DNA of 64,000 nt from Octopus sinensis. Taxonomy: Eukaryota. Positions 36,941 to 50,764 of this stretch are shown here, one piece after another. The stretch's first letter is position 1, and each line of letters begins with the position of its first letter. Under the pieces are notes generated by a model. The model did no database searches. It was given only the letters and a program-made list of their open reading frames with translations, and had not been told where the DNA came from. The position numbers and the translations under genes were made by a program. The stretch is taken from assembly GCF_006345805.1 (NCBI RefSeq), contig NC_043003.1, positions 14,942,001 to 15,006,000 on the forward strand, given 5' to 3'.

Positions 36941-38877
36941 TGTACGTGTGTGTATGTGTTTGTGTGTAGACATGTGTGTATGTGTGTTTGTATTGTGTAT
37001 GCGTGTTTGTATTATGTATGTTTATAGTACACATATGCAGAGATCAAATAATATTTTCACAGATTAAAGAACATATCATCCACAGATATGAAAACGAAAA
37101 AAAAAAAAAATAACGAAAGAGAAATAAAAAAGAGAGAGAAAAAAAATGATACATTTTTGCAAATGATAGATTATACTTGCATCTTCAAGAACGTATTTGT
37201 CGGTTAAAGAGCGCATTGATGCTTAGATTGAAGAATGTACTCAGATATTTAACCGCCGTTCCAAGATTGAAGAATATAGTCTTGGATTAACCAACAGAGA
37301 GGTTGCAAGACCGACAGAGAGAGAGAGAGAGAGAGAGATAGGTACACACATAAAATGAAAGATGGTATATAAATATCTTAAACAACCATAGAAATAATAA
37401 ATGTGATTACATTCTTTAAATAAACACATACTGTTTATATAAACACTACATGTTTATATAAACATACAATGTTTATACAAACAATACCATATTCTTAACT
37501 GTTTTGTAATATTTTTGCAGCCATTTCTATCGTATTAGTGTCAGTGGGTTGATTTTTCACAAATTTTGTTAATTGCATAATGTCTGAGCAACGTTTTTAT
37601 TTATTTGTATATTTATATATTTGTTTGTTAGTTTGTTTTTTTTTTCTGTTTGGTGTTTTTCCTCCCACCGTTTGAAAAGTCGGAATAGATTTTGTTGCTG
37701 TCTCGAAACAGTGAGGCTAGTAGAATAGTGGTTCTTTCCCCAATGGCTACAAACAACACAAATATTGTAGCAAAGTTTGAAATCCTAATCTTGTTGTCAG
37801 GATTTCAGCACCTTAATCTCAAAGCCATCATGCTTCATTCAAAGACTTCATAAGATTATGTAAACGTTTCCATTTTCTTTTCATTCTTCTTTGTTGTTCT
37901 TTTTAACTCAGACTTTACACTCCAGATTTACAAGAAAGAAAGAAAATGGTAAAATTGATCTACCAATGCTGCTTCCAAAAAGCACATTACCAAACATAAA
38001 ATGAAACAGTTCTAACTAAGAATCGAAACACTGCATGATTCATACAATTTTTTAAAAGTATTTTCTGCCATATCTTTGTTCCAACCACTTTTTCTCATTT
38101 CCCTTTTTTCTTTCATTTCACAAAACATGGAAATCTTTAAGAGCATCACTAATTAATGTTGAATCCATAAAATATGCATGTTCAGGAATCTAAAAATCTT
38201 TTTCAATCATTTTTTTTCTCCAGGCTTTGAACTTATTGTCACCAAAAATTTTTCAAGATTATATATTCAGATTTTTTTTCTATTTTAGTAGGCAGTAATG
38301 CATTAGAGTATAGTGGAGAAGAGTAAAATTGAAAGTCAAAGTCGAAGTTGTTGCTGTTGTTATTGTTGTAGCACTTTAGTCTGGAGAAAGAGGCTGCAGC
38401 CGACTTCATGTGTTCTCCAAGACTTGTAGAATTGATACAGTTGCATTCACCTCAAACAACTGTAAATCAACTATTTGGTTTTAATAGGGGTGAAAGACGG
38501 TACTCATGACCTTTTATAAGGTCTCTGACACTGGTGGGAAGAAAGGAGAGAAAGGAAGGAATCTTCAAACTAGGAACCAAGTCTATATGCTTGCAAAGGA
38601 GCCAACTCCTCTGCAATGTGCCAGGCATGAATGTAAGGTACGAAATTTGCTCCCCAACCACATGATTCTCAGTTCTCTCCTACTCTGTGGCACTTTGAGC
38701 AAATGTCTTTCTACTATTGAGTTGTGGCCAAAAGCTTGGAACCTTTTTTAAAAGATTAAAATTGTTATTCCCAAGTACAATTCGATTCAAATATATACAA
38801 TGTAGAGATATACTTATCTTATACATGATCCAATGGGTCAATATCTAGAAGCAAAAATAGGTAAAACCAAAAATATA

Positions 38878-39444
38878 TTGGGTTGTCCAGAAAGTTTGTG
38901 CTGATTTTTAAAGGGAAGAAAAAAGGTCAATAAATACTTGCCATTACATTTTTAATCAACCAAATATGAACCATTTTGTTGCACAATGCGTCTCCATATT
39001 TCCTTTAACTTGAAAATACCCTCTTCCCAGAATTGAAGTGGTTTCATGGCAAAGAATTCATCAAAGTATCTTTTTATGCCATCCAAGGAATTTAAATTTT
39101 TACCATTAAGACTATTCTGTAGAGACCTGAATAAGTGGAAATCCGAAGGAGCAATATCTGGTGAATATGAAGGGTGAGGTAACACATCCCAGCTGAGCTT
39201 CAGCAATTTTTGTCTGGTTCCCAAAGCATCAAGTGCCGAAAATGAACTTTCTTATCTTCCATTTTAAAGGGTTACAGAATTAACACAGGTTATAGGAACA
39301 TAAACGTTCTTCCACGAAAAGATAGCTTAAACTGTGCTCTAAATGGAGGTGTAGTCAAATCCTATTTTATGGACTCAACCATGTTCTAAAATAAGTCAAA
39401 AGGTAAGCTACTATAAATCGGCATGAACTTTCTGGACAACCCAA
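38878..39444 (-). mobile_element. Internally deleted mariner with both TIRs and TA TSD
   Basis: TA|TTGGGTTGTCCAGAAAGTT ... AACTTTCTGGACAACCCAA|TA; ORF 38952-39224 PHPSYSPDIAPSDFHLF. Confidence 0.92.
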
Positions 39445-40352
39445 TATTTCTTGACCAAATTGCTTATTTTTAATTAATAGAAGCTTGTACATCACATATC
39501 CGAAAATATGTTCCAAACTTTTGGCCGTGACTGTAGACTTGGACTGATCAAAGTCATGTGAGAGGATTTGTTAAACAGAATCTGAAAAAAAGCCGGTTGT
39601 ATATATCAGCAGCAGCAGCAGCAGCAGCATTTAGCATCTGTTTTCAATGCTGGAATGGGCTGGAGAGTTTGACAGGAACTGGCAAAGCCAGGGTCCACAC
39701 AAGATTCCATAATCTGTTTTGGTTTGGTTTCTACAGCTGGATGCCCTTCCTAATGCCAATCGCTTTACAGAGTTTACTGGGTGATTTTTTTATGTGGCAC
39801 CAGTGCCAGTGCTATTATGTGGTGTCTGTGTGTGTGAGTCTGTCTGTCTGTGAGCGCGTGTATTGATGATGATGACGATGATGGTGGTGGTGGTGGTGGT
39901 GATTAAGCAAACCATAAAGTAAGCCACAGCAGGATTTGGACAAGGAGCATTCTGAGATCAGAACAAATACCACCAAGAATGCAGCCTGACAATTCTCCCA
40001 ATCCTGCTAATCCTCACTCTGGACTGGTTCTTTTTTTTTTTTATTACTACCAATCAAAAGAATGAAAGGCATTCTATCCAGCAATCTAATGACTGTTAAA
40101 AATAAAAGAAGAACATGAGTGAGATGGAATTCTTGAAAGATGATGCTCCTGAGAGAAAGGATTGGACAAAACAACTTGTGACAATGACACAATACTTTCA
40201 AAAGTACCAGATATCTTAACATCTTGTGTATTTTGACTCCTGTAAAAAATATTTTCTAGTCTTGCATCCAAGATGTGTGTATGTTAGAAGTTCCAATTTT
40301 CCCTTCCATCATATCTACATATTCTTTATTTTTGATATTAAGATTTGATTTA

Positions 40353-40584
40353 AAGCAGCGAGTTGGCAGAATCGTTAGCATGCTGGGCGGAATGCTTAGC
40401 AGCATTTCGTCTGCCATTACGTTCTGAGTTTAAATTCCGCTGAGGTCGACTTTGCCTTTCATCCTTTCGGGGTCGATTAAATAAGTACCACTTATGCACT
40501 GGGGTCGATATAATCAACTTAATCCCTTTGTCTGTCCTTGTTTGTCCCCTCTGTATTTAGCCCTCTGTGGGCAATAAAGACATA
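40353..40584 (+). mobile_element. SINE family 2 with 18-bp TSD
   Basis: TSD GATATTAAGATTTGATTT at 40334-40351 and 40585-40602. Confidence 0.9.
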
Positions 40585-40700
40585 GATATTAAGATTTGAT
40601 TTGGTTTGTATATTCCTCTGTATATTCTCACTAAAGTGTTGTATGACTCCTCAAGCAAACATGCATTTGTATTTCTGCATCTCAGTTAATTTAATTTCTT

Positions 40701-40933
40701 ATTTCTTTAGTGTCCACAAGGGGCTAAACACAGAGGGGACAAACAAGAACAGTCAAAGGGATTAAGTCGATTACATCGACCCCAGTGCATAACTGGTACA
40801 TAATTTATCGACCCTGAAAGGATGAAAGGCAAAGTCAACCTTGACAGAATTTGAACTCAGAACGTAATGGCAGACGAAATACCGCTATGCATTTCGCCCA
40901 GCGTGCTAACATTTCTGCCAGCTCGCCACCTTT
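40701..40933 (-). mobile_element. SINE family 2, inverted relative to 40353
   Basis: Reverse complement of the family; TTAATTTAATTTCTT duplicated at 40686 and 40944. Confidence 0.88.
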
Positions 40934-41420
40934 ATTCATTAAATTAATTTAATTTCTTTATAAGTTAAGTTATTCATGTTGGTACTACAGCTGTAACTAA
41001 GTTTAAAGTTGTTTCTATTGAATAATTTTCTGTATTAGTAGTTGATTGTATCTATGCATGTATGCATGTATGTATATGTGTGGATTTGTATGTTTTATGT
41101 ATGTATTCTAATGCATATAGTCGCATGTCTAGACATGCTCATATATACTTAAATGATAAACTGGAAAGTTTTACAGATTTTTACAGTTCCAGTAATTGCT
41201 TGGATCTGTAGTCTTCAAATCAGCTTTCTCCTTTCTGGTTTTGAGAAGCCTAATTTCTCATGATTGGTATTTAGGCAATGTGTTACATATGCCAGGGTCT
41301 CAATAATTACAGGTATAAACCTGAACTTGTAATCTGGATAGAGTAACTACAGATTTCTCAATAGTTCAGCATAGGTGTTCTCTTTTTCACTAATCTTCAG
41401 CATATGTCCGTATGTATGTA

Positions 41421-41477
<57 letters not shown>

Positions 41478-42134
41478 CTCTTCTATTTTTAATTACATTA
41501 ATGCCTCAATTTACGAGTTAATTTGTTCACAGAGACTGCTTGTAAAACAAAAATTCATAAAGCAGGGCAATAATTTCCCATGGTTGCAATGAAATTTTAT
41601 AGCATCGTTTTACTCCATCGCTGTGTAGACACATCAGAACCAGTGTTGCTTCATGTTGCAAGATTGCCACACACACAAAATAGCCACAGAATGACTGTTT
41701 AACCTTTTATTTATATTATAAAATGAAACTTGTATACCTGGTGTCTCGTAAAATAGGTTCTCATAAACTGAGCTATTACTGTATTTAAATTCTTCCTCTG
41801 GAAAAGGAACTGGTGTCTAACAAAGATCCAAAGCTCCATCTTTGGAATGTAGATATTGAAAACAATGTCACATTTTAAACTTGGAAAAAGTTTTGCAGAG
41901 TTTTACTGTTCTGCTTATAGATTGTATTTGTAATGTGTGAATCAGTTGGTTGATTTCTGTTTTTGAAAATCCAAGCTTATCCAGACTGGCACTTGGGTAT
42001 TTCGTTACAAGACCAAATGCTACAATTGTCATTGGTGTATATGTAAATTTTTAACCCAGATATAGAATTATGTATGTATGTATGAGAAATATACTCTTCA
42101 GCAAGAAATTTGTATTTTAAGAACTACATGTATA

Positions 42135-42184
<50 letters not shown>

Positions 42185-42700
42185 GTCTCTGTCAATGTGA
42201 ACAGTCTTATCCCAACTGCAGACAGACCAGAGTCCAGAATCCAGTGAGGACTCCTTGCTTGTAAAAATATTACCACAAACAACAAACCCCCACTGGACCC
42301 GAAAGAAAATGTCCTGAAAAACCACCACAAAAGACACCCCTGTGAAAAGTTCAGAAAAGAAATTCATCTGGAGTTATGCCCCTTGCATAATTATCAGCGT
42401 GTCTCCATAGTGTAAGGGATGGACTAGCGATGAGGCTTGGGTGCCTATAGTATAGGGTTGATAAGTGCAGGCACTGGTAGAGGTCGTGGGGGTGCAAAAT
42501 GTGGGGAAGGTGTGAGTGGCCAATCGTAAAATCATGTGTAATTTATATATGTGGATGTGTGTGTATATGTGTGTGTATGTATGTGTGTGCATTGAAATTT
42601 ATGCAATTGTTCTCATTATCTAATGGTTTATAGAATTGTCAGGTGAGAAATATACTCTTCAGCAAGAAATTTGTATTTTAAGAACTACATGTACATGTAT

Positions 42701-42733
<33 letters not shown>

Positions 42734-42965
42734 TATCGTTCTTAAAATGCAAACCAGTTTTTGGTAAAGAGTATGTTTCCTACCAGAGAACTCCATGAAC
42801 TGTTTCATAGTGAGAGCAATGACATACATCTACGTGAAAGATACAAAAAAAAAAAATTTTGGAAAAAAAAAAACTTGCATAATACAGTTTACATGTAAAA
42901 GTGTACCTATGTCTCTCTTTCTTCTCTCCCCCCCCCCCAAAAGAATATATATATATATATAAACA

Positions 42966-43090
<125 letters not shown>

Positions 43091-45157
43091 TATATATATA
43101 TATATTATATATATATATATATTATATATATATATATTATATATATATAGATGTATGTATACTTGTGTGTGTGTGTGTGTGTGTGTATACAGTGAAGTTC
43201 ACTCACAAACGTACCAAAGAATAGAATGCTTGTCTACATGTGCACCACTATATGCAAAACAACGCACCTTCACTTACACATGCATATATGAGTGCACAGA
43301 GAAGCATGCTTACATGCATGCTTACATGCACGTATACATCCTTCTACTCGCACACATATGCATACATTCATAGTAAAAATACTTTTCTTTTGAATGTACC
43401 TGTATGTACGTATGCATTAGTGAACATTGAAATGTATGTGCACATACATACACACATATACACATATACACATAAATGCATTGATATATATTTATACACA
43501 CACACATATATATACACACATATATATATACATATATGCATATATATATTTATATATATATATATACACACACATATATACATATACATATCTGTGTGTG
43601 TGTGTGTATTTATATATATATACATGTATCTATATATGTATATATACCTATGGTATATATATGTATATATGTATATATACTTATATATGTGCGTATGTGT
43701 ACATATATATACATATATGTATATATCTATATACATCCATACAAACTTACATATATATATATACATATATATATGTGTGTGTCTATACATACACACTTAT
43801 ATATACATATGTATGTATATTTATATATATATACACATAAATGGGTGAGAGAGAAACAGTGAGAGAGTGAGAGAGAGAGAGAGAGAGCTATATATATATA
43901 ACAGATAGATTGATAGAACAGATAGATCATAGGTCTCCATTGATCTTCTAAGCAAAAATAAATTACATGTTTTTTTTTTACTTTTTCCAGATTCTTCCTA
44001 AATATGTTTTTTTTTTTTACCAAGTGTCAGTTTGGTAAAATGAACTAAAAAATCTAAAATCTCCTTTGAATTATTTTCTTCTAATATATATTTATATAAA
44101 TTTTTTTTTATTTTTCAGCGAATAAAAGCTCGCATTCGTTTTCCATTCTGCGTAATATTTGCTGCTGCGTTGTTCTAGGTGTGGTTAGTAACATCAATAC
44201 ATGTCACAGCTATTTGTGACATGTCTCTAATACGAGCATTATATGTTATATTTGCATGCTATCATTAAGAACTTAAGTCGTATATATTTATGATACATCT
44301 TAAATTTTATAAACATAAGCCATCATTGAAAAAACACAAAGAAAATTTACTGCTGAATTAAATAGCTTTGAAGTTATATTTGTTTGCTTCCGTTAAGATC
44401 TGTAATTATATTTATAATATTATATCTTGCATTTTGCTTATGTTTGCATTAAGAATGTAAATCACACATATTTATCTATAATATATCATAAAATGTGAAT
44501 TTTATGTGCGAGTTCTAAGACTCAATATCATAATTATGTATGTTTTGTTTTGAATTTTATGCACTAGATTTTTTCGGAAACGAAAGCAAAGTTATATTGG
44601 GCTGTCAAGAGTATTTTGTGTGTCATAGCTGGTCCTACTCAATGTGCCAGTCACATCTCCATCTAAAAATTTGCTGCCACCAAAACTACCAACACAACAA
44701 CAACAACAACACCTCCACCAACGCCATCATTACTGTTGTCATTGTGGTTATCATCGTCATCATCATCATCATCATCGTCGTCGTCGTCATTTACTTTTTG
44801 CTTTTCCATGCTTGCATGAGTCGGATAGAATTTGTTGAAGCAAATTTTCTATAGTCGGATGCTCTTCCTGTTGCTAACCCTCACCTGTCTCCAAGCAGGT
44901 TAGTATTTTATCAGACGCTAGACATGTTTCTTTTTCATGGAAGACTGGAAACAAACAACGTCACTGGTATGACAAGGTTGTTCATTTACAACCATCACAG
45001 GTTGTAAATGGTTAGGTTAAGGGTACACACTAACACACACACACATACACATGCACACACACACACACGCACAAACGCACGCACACACATGTAAACACAC
45101 ACACACGTAAACACACACACACGTAAATACACACATGTACACTCATATGTATACAAT

Positions 45158-45705
45158 AGGCGCAGGAGTGGCTGTGTGGTAAGTAGCTTGCTTACCAACC
45201 ACATGGTTCTGGGTTCAGTCCCACTGTATGGCACTGTGGGCAAGTGTCTTCTACTATAGCCTCGGGCCGACCAAAGCCTTGTGAGTGGATTTGGTAGACG
45301 GAAACTGAAAGAAGCCTGTCATATATATGTATATATATATATGTGTGTGTATATGTTTGTCCTCCCAACATCACTTGACAACTGATGTTAGTGTGTTTAC
45401 GTCCCTGTAACTTAGTGTTTCAGCAAAAGAAACCAATAGAATAAGTACTAGGCGTACAAAGAATAAGTCCTGGGGTCGATTTGCTCGACTAAAGGTGGTG
45501 CTCCAGCATGACCACAGTCAAATGACTGAAATGAGTAAAAGTGTAAAAGAGTAATAGGCTTCTTTCAGTTTCCATCTACCAAATTCACCCTCAAGGCTTT
45601 GGTCAATGTGAAGCTATAGTTGAAGACACTTGTCCAAGGTACCAAACATTGGAACTGAACACAAGACCACATGGTTGGGAAGCAAGATTCTTGAGCACAC
45701 AGTCT
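45158..45705. mobile_element. SINE family 1 full copy (+, 45158-45552) abutting an inverted head (-, 45556-45705)
   Basis: The second segment is the reverse complement of the first ~150 nt of the family. Confidence 0.82.
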
Positions 45706-45754
45706 CACCTGAACCTTGGAAACTACAAGACGTACCATTATTTTGAAAAACATA

Positions 45755-46519
45755 CAGAGTTTGGACAAAACAATGGAAACATCTTAAAATTTCAACCAAA
45801 TGTATTTTAATATCGAGTAGGACCACCTTTGGCAGTAATTACAGCTTGAATTCTATGAGGCATAGGCTCATACAAAGTTTCAATTGTTTCCAAAGGAATT
45901 TTTGTCCATTCTTCAGCTAAAACAGTCTCTAGTTCTTGTAGTGATCATGGATGAGGATATCAACTCCTGACTTGTTTCCCTAAAATGCACCATAAATGTT
46001 CAATAATATTGAGATCTGGGGACTGTGGTGGCCAGATAAGATGTTCAACTTCACTAAAATGTTCCTCGTGCCATTCAGTAACAACTTTAGCTGTGTGAAT
46101 TGATGCATTATCATCCTGAAAGATTGTATTTCCCTCCAGAAACATTTCCGTGACCAAAGGATGAATTGGATCAGATAAAATGCTTAAATAGTCTTGACTA
46201 TTAATTTTGCCATGAAGGGAAACCATTGGGCTGGCGGATTTCTTAGATGTAGCCCTCCACATCATCACAGATCCTCCTCCTTGTTTAACAGTTGGAAGAA
46301 GGCAGTCTGGGTCAAATGCTTCTTTTGGCTGTCTCCACACGTATACTCGGTCGGTGGTTGGATATAAGGTAAAGGATGACTCATCCGGGAAAATAACATT
46401 CTTCCACTGCTCTAGGGACCAATTCTGTAGGTTTTTACTTCACTCTAAATGCTTTGCAACATTTGTTTCTGAAAGTAGTGGTTTTCTGATTGCAGCCCTC
46501 CCATGAAATCCGACTTTGT
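45755..46519 (-). mobile_element. Tc1-like transposon 3' portion with DD36E catalytic region and TIR
   Basis: ORF 45960-46340 (TVKQGGGSVMMW, FQDDNASIH, WPPQSPDLNIIEHLW); TA + CAGAGTTTGGACAAAACAATGGAAAC terminus. Confidence 0.9.
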
Positions 46520-47240
46520 ACATACACACATGCACAGATGCACAAACATACACATACACACATGCATGTATATACACATGCACAGTTGCACAAACATTCA
46601 CATACAAACACATACACTTACACACATGCATGTATATACACATGCACACATTCACAGATGCACAAACATACACTCACATATACGTACACACATGCATGTA
46701 TATACACATGCACACATGCACAGGTGCACAAACATACACATACACACACATACACACATGCATGTATATACACACATAGACATATGCATGCATATACACA
46801 TGCACCCATGTACATGTGCATTTGCACATTATGTACACATACACACATGTGCAAATGCATTTATGCATGCATTTGCACACGTACATCCTCAAGCATTTCC
46901 ATTTCATACAGCGACTATAAAAATGCTAAGTTCATAAGTTAAAAAATAGCTGAAAAATTTGTGAGTGGGCAGTTTAGCTTAATGGTAAAGCACTTGACCA
47001 GTAATCACAGAGATGTGAGTTTGGGTCTCATGGCTGGCTGCTGACAGATTTTTTTCAGCAATATAAGGATGATATCCTGTTCACGCTGTTCATGCATTAT
47101 TCTGCGCTTGAGAATGAATTATCTTCATATCCGTACATTTCCATTTCCTAGGGATATCTGAATGTGTGTGTGTGTGTGTGTGTTTGCACATGCACGGGTT
47201 TATGTATGCGTGTGAGGCAGAATGCATGAGACAGAGAGAG

Positions 47241-47275
<35 letters not shown>

Positions 47276-47389
47276 GTGGATGTGTATGAGTATAAGTTGT
47301 GTGTGTGTGCATGAATTGCAACAGCAACAAGAGCAACAATAAGGAAAGAGTAAGCATTTAGTTCTGCCATTACACCCATCACCACTGCT

Positions 47390-47825
47390 GCCGCTGCCAC
47401 CACCATCACCACCACCACTATCACCATCGCCATCACAATTACTACCACCACCGCCACCACAACTGCCATCACCACCACCATCACCACCATTACCACCACT
47501 GCTATCACCACCACCAATATCACCAACACTGCCATCACCACCACTACCACCACTGTCACCAACATCACAACCACCACTACTGCCATCATCACCACCACCA
47601 TCACCACCAGCACTACCACCATCACTATCACCATTACCGCCATAACTACTAGCACTGTCACCACAACCACCACCACCACTTTCACCATCGCCATCACCAT
47701 CACCATCACTACCATCACAACCACTACCCCCATCGCCATCACTACCATCACTGCCACCACCATCACCTCTTCTGCCACCACCACCTCCACCAGCAACAAC
47801 AATAACAACAGCAACAACTACAAGA
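47390..47825. repeat. (ACC/ATC)n degenerate trinucleotide repeat
   Basis: Direct reading of the sequence. Confidence 0.9.
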
Positions 47826-48084
47826 GCATCAAAAAATAAAATCAATATGACAATTGTAGCCTGGAATGACAACAGAATGGCAAGTTTGTTTGTTTTGAGG
47901 GTAGGGATTGCAAGATCGAAGTGCAGCTGTACATGAGATCAGCAGGGGATGGATAAAATGGTGGAGTTCCTCCGTCTCTCTCCGTGAAGCTAAGCCCAGT
48001 CAAAATGTCACTCCAGCCTAGATTTGAAAATGTCACAATAGAGATAATGACTCCCGCATGGCACCTGCAATAAAACTCTATTGA

Positions 48085-48138
<54 letters not shown>

Positions 48139-48186
48139 CATACATACATACATATATATATATATATATTATATATATATATATAA

Positions 48187-48231
<45 letters not shown>

Positions 48232-48642
48232 AATATATGATATATAATAATAATTTGAGGGAATATTATTCCAAACTTACAGGGAAAAATTCAATTTAGA
48301 AATACTAAATCAAATTTCACAAAATATAACATATACATATTTAAATTAGAAAAAAACACCTTTTATCAATTCAAAATGAAAAATATATTAAATATAAGAT
48401 AAAAAATATACCGATGATTAAGTAATGTGCAAAATAATAAATAAAACGTTATTCTACCAAATATATACGTTTTATTTATTATTTTGCACATTACTTAATC
48501 ATCGGTATATTTTTTATCTTATATTTAATATTTCTATTATATGTAATTTTCTAGATTGTGTAATTTAATTTTTCATTTTGAATTGATAAAAGGTGTTTTT
48601 TTCTAATTTATATATAATATATATATATATATATATGTATAT

Positions 48643-48768
48643 TCTCTTATATAAAATCCGTTCTGTCTGTCTGTGTGTGTCTTCGGGGATCTCGGGCATT
48701 CTCCATCCGATTGCACTCAAATTTGATATGTAGATACCAACGGTATCAGGGCATGTATAGGTCTTGAA
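48643..48768 (+). mobile_element. Probable 5' end of another Helitron-like family, followed by a SINE
   Basis: TCTCTTATATAAAA, (TCTG)n and CCGATTGCACTCAAATTTG, echoing the layout of the Helitron at 56938. Confidence 0.45.
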
Positions 48769-49262
48769 ATCATCATCGTCATCATCATCGTCGTTTAGCG
48801 TCCGTTTTCCATGCTAGCATGGGTTGGACGGTTCTACTGGGGTCTGTGAAGCCAGAAGGCTTCATCAGGCCCAGTCAAATCTGGCAGTGTTTCTATGGCT
48901 GGATGCCCTTCCTAACGCCAACCACTCCGTGAGTGTAGTGGGTGCTTTTTACGTGCCACCCGCACAGGTGCCAGACAGAGCTGGCAAACGGCCACGAACG
49001 GATGGTGCTTTTTATGTGCCACCGGCACAAGGGCCAGGCGAGGCTGGCAACGGACATGAAACGGGGCGGTGCTGGCAACAGTTGCGAAACGGAAGGTTCT
49101 CTTACATGCCACCGGCACTGGTAACACATCTGCAATTTCCATTGATCGATTTCCATTCTGATCCTCACTTGCCTCAACGGGTCTTCACAAGTAGAGTTTC
49201 GACATGCCACTGGCACTGGTAACACATCTGCAATTTCCATTGATCGATTTAAATCGATTCCA
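48769..49262 (-). mobile_element. SINE family 3, near full length
   Basis: Reverse complement of the 11941 family, with GTGCC-GGT-GGCAC subrepeats. Confidence 0.78.
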
Positions 49263-49621
49263 GGTGGAAATGCGATCAATAAAGCCGTTTTTGTCCTGCT
49301 TTTCTTCTGTCAACCTGTACATAACTGCACCTTCCATTTTTTGTACTGCTTAAAGGCACGTTTCTTTCCTGCCAAGCTTACTGTTTAAACCATATTTGTG
49401 TTCTCCCAGTCAACAGCCTTATCATTACTGGTACTTTAAATTCATTGGTTGCATATTTGTGTGAATAAAATCGTTTTTCTTTGGAACAGAAAAAATGTCT
49501 ATCTTTATTTCTTCTTTTGCTGGTGTCTCAAATTTAGGTTGTTTTTAGTTGTTTTTAGAAAATTTGGTTTAAATGTTTGACAACTCAGCACCCTCCATTG
49601 GATGGGGGGGGGCGTTTTGCT

Positions 49622-49688
<67 letters not shown>

Positions 49689-49802
49689 TATATATATCAT
49701 CACGTGACCGACCAGTCCATCAGATGTAGTTACACATCGCTGGTCACAATGCGTTTGCATTGTTTTAGCCTTCGAATGACGCCACCCCGCCATATATATA
49801 TA

Positions 49803-50590
49803 TTAGGTCATCAAGTTTGTAATTTGTAGAAAAGGAAAATAAGTTTGCTAATGTTTTATAAATACAAGGAGTAGTTTTATTCATCAAAGTATGCACCCAT
49901 ATTATCAATAGACTTTTGTCATTTTAGCGGTACCTTGCCAGCCTGGAATTGTAAAAGCCTGGTAATCTAGAGTTAATAAAATCTTGGAAAGCCTGTTTTA
50001 CAGTATCATCGGAATTAAATTTTTTTCCTATCAAAAAGTTATCCAAATTCTGGAGGAAGTGGTAGTCAATGGAGGCAAGATCAGGTGAGTATGGTGGATG
50101 ATGGAGAACTTCCAACTACTGTAGTGTCACCAATGTCATTTTTGCAATGTTTGGTCTGGTGTTGTCATGCAATAAAATAGGGAAGGATCTGATGACTAAT
50201 CTAGGCTATTTTTTGTAAGTTTCTGCATCATTTGGTCCAGTTGACTACAGTATACTTCGGCCGTGATTGATGAGCCAAGTGTAAGGAAATCATAATGGAT
50301 CACATCTGCACCAGACCACCAAACACACCATCAGCTTCTTTTGATGAACTTTGCTTTTTGGACTGTTTTATTGGTCTGTCTTTGTCCAACCATTGTGCTG
50401 AATGTTTACGGTTGTTGTATTAGATCTATTTCTCATCACATGCTACAATTCGATTAAAAAATTATTCATTTTTAAGACAAGAAAGTAGCATAATGCAGGC
50501 TTCCAAACGTTGCTGTTTCTGATTTTCATTGAGTTCACTTGGAACCCACTTGTCCAACTTTTTCACTTTACTGATTTGAACTAGGTGAGT
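49803..50590 (-). mobile_element. Degenerate mariner transposase fragment
   Basis: Minus-strand remnants KLDKWVP, FLNRIVACDEK and HPPYSPDLASIDYH; TATTAGGTC terminus near 49801. Confidence 0.82.
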
Positions 50591-50732
50591 CAATATTGTT
50601 TGCATGCTAACACCAAACAACAACGATAATTTTTATATGGGTCTGATTCGATGGTAGCTTTCAGTTTGTCATTATCCACCTTTATTTCTTGTTGAGTGCA
50701 TTGCTCATTTGTGAGCAATGCAGTCAATGATA

Positions 50733-50764
<32 letters not shown>

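Noticed and set aside
44100-44190. Strong acceptor-like TTTTTCAG as a host exon
   Set aside because: No convincing donor or recognisable peptide; T-tracts are common in this AT-rich DNA.
47090-47872. 260-aa Gly/Asp-rich ORF resembling a structural protein
   Set aside because: It is a degenerate trinucleotide repeat, open in two frames and flanked by other simple repeats, with no gene context.
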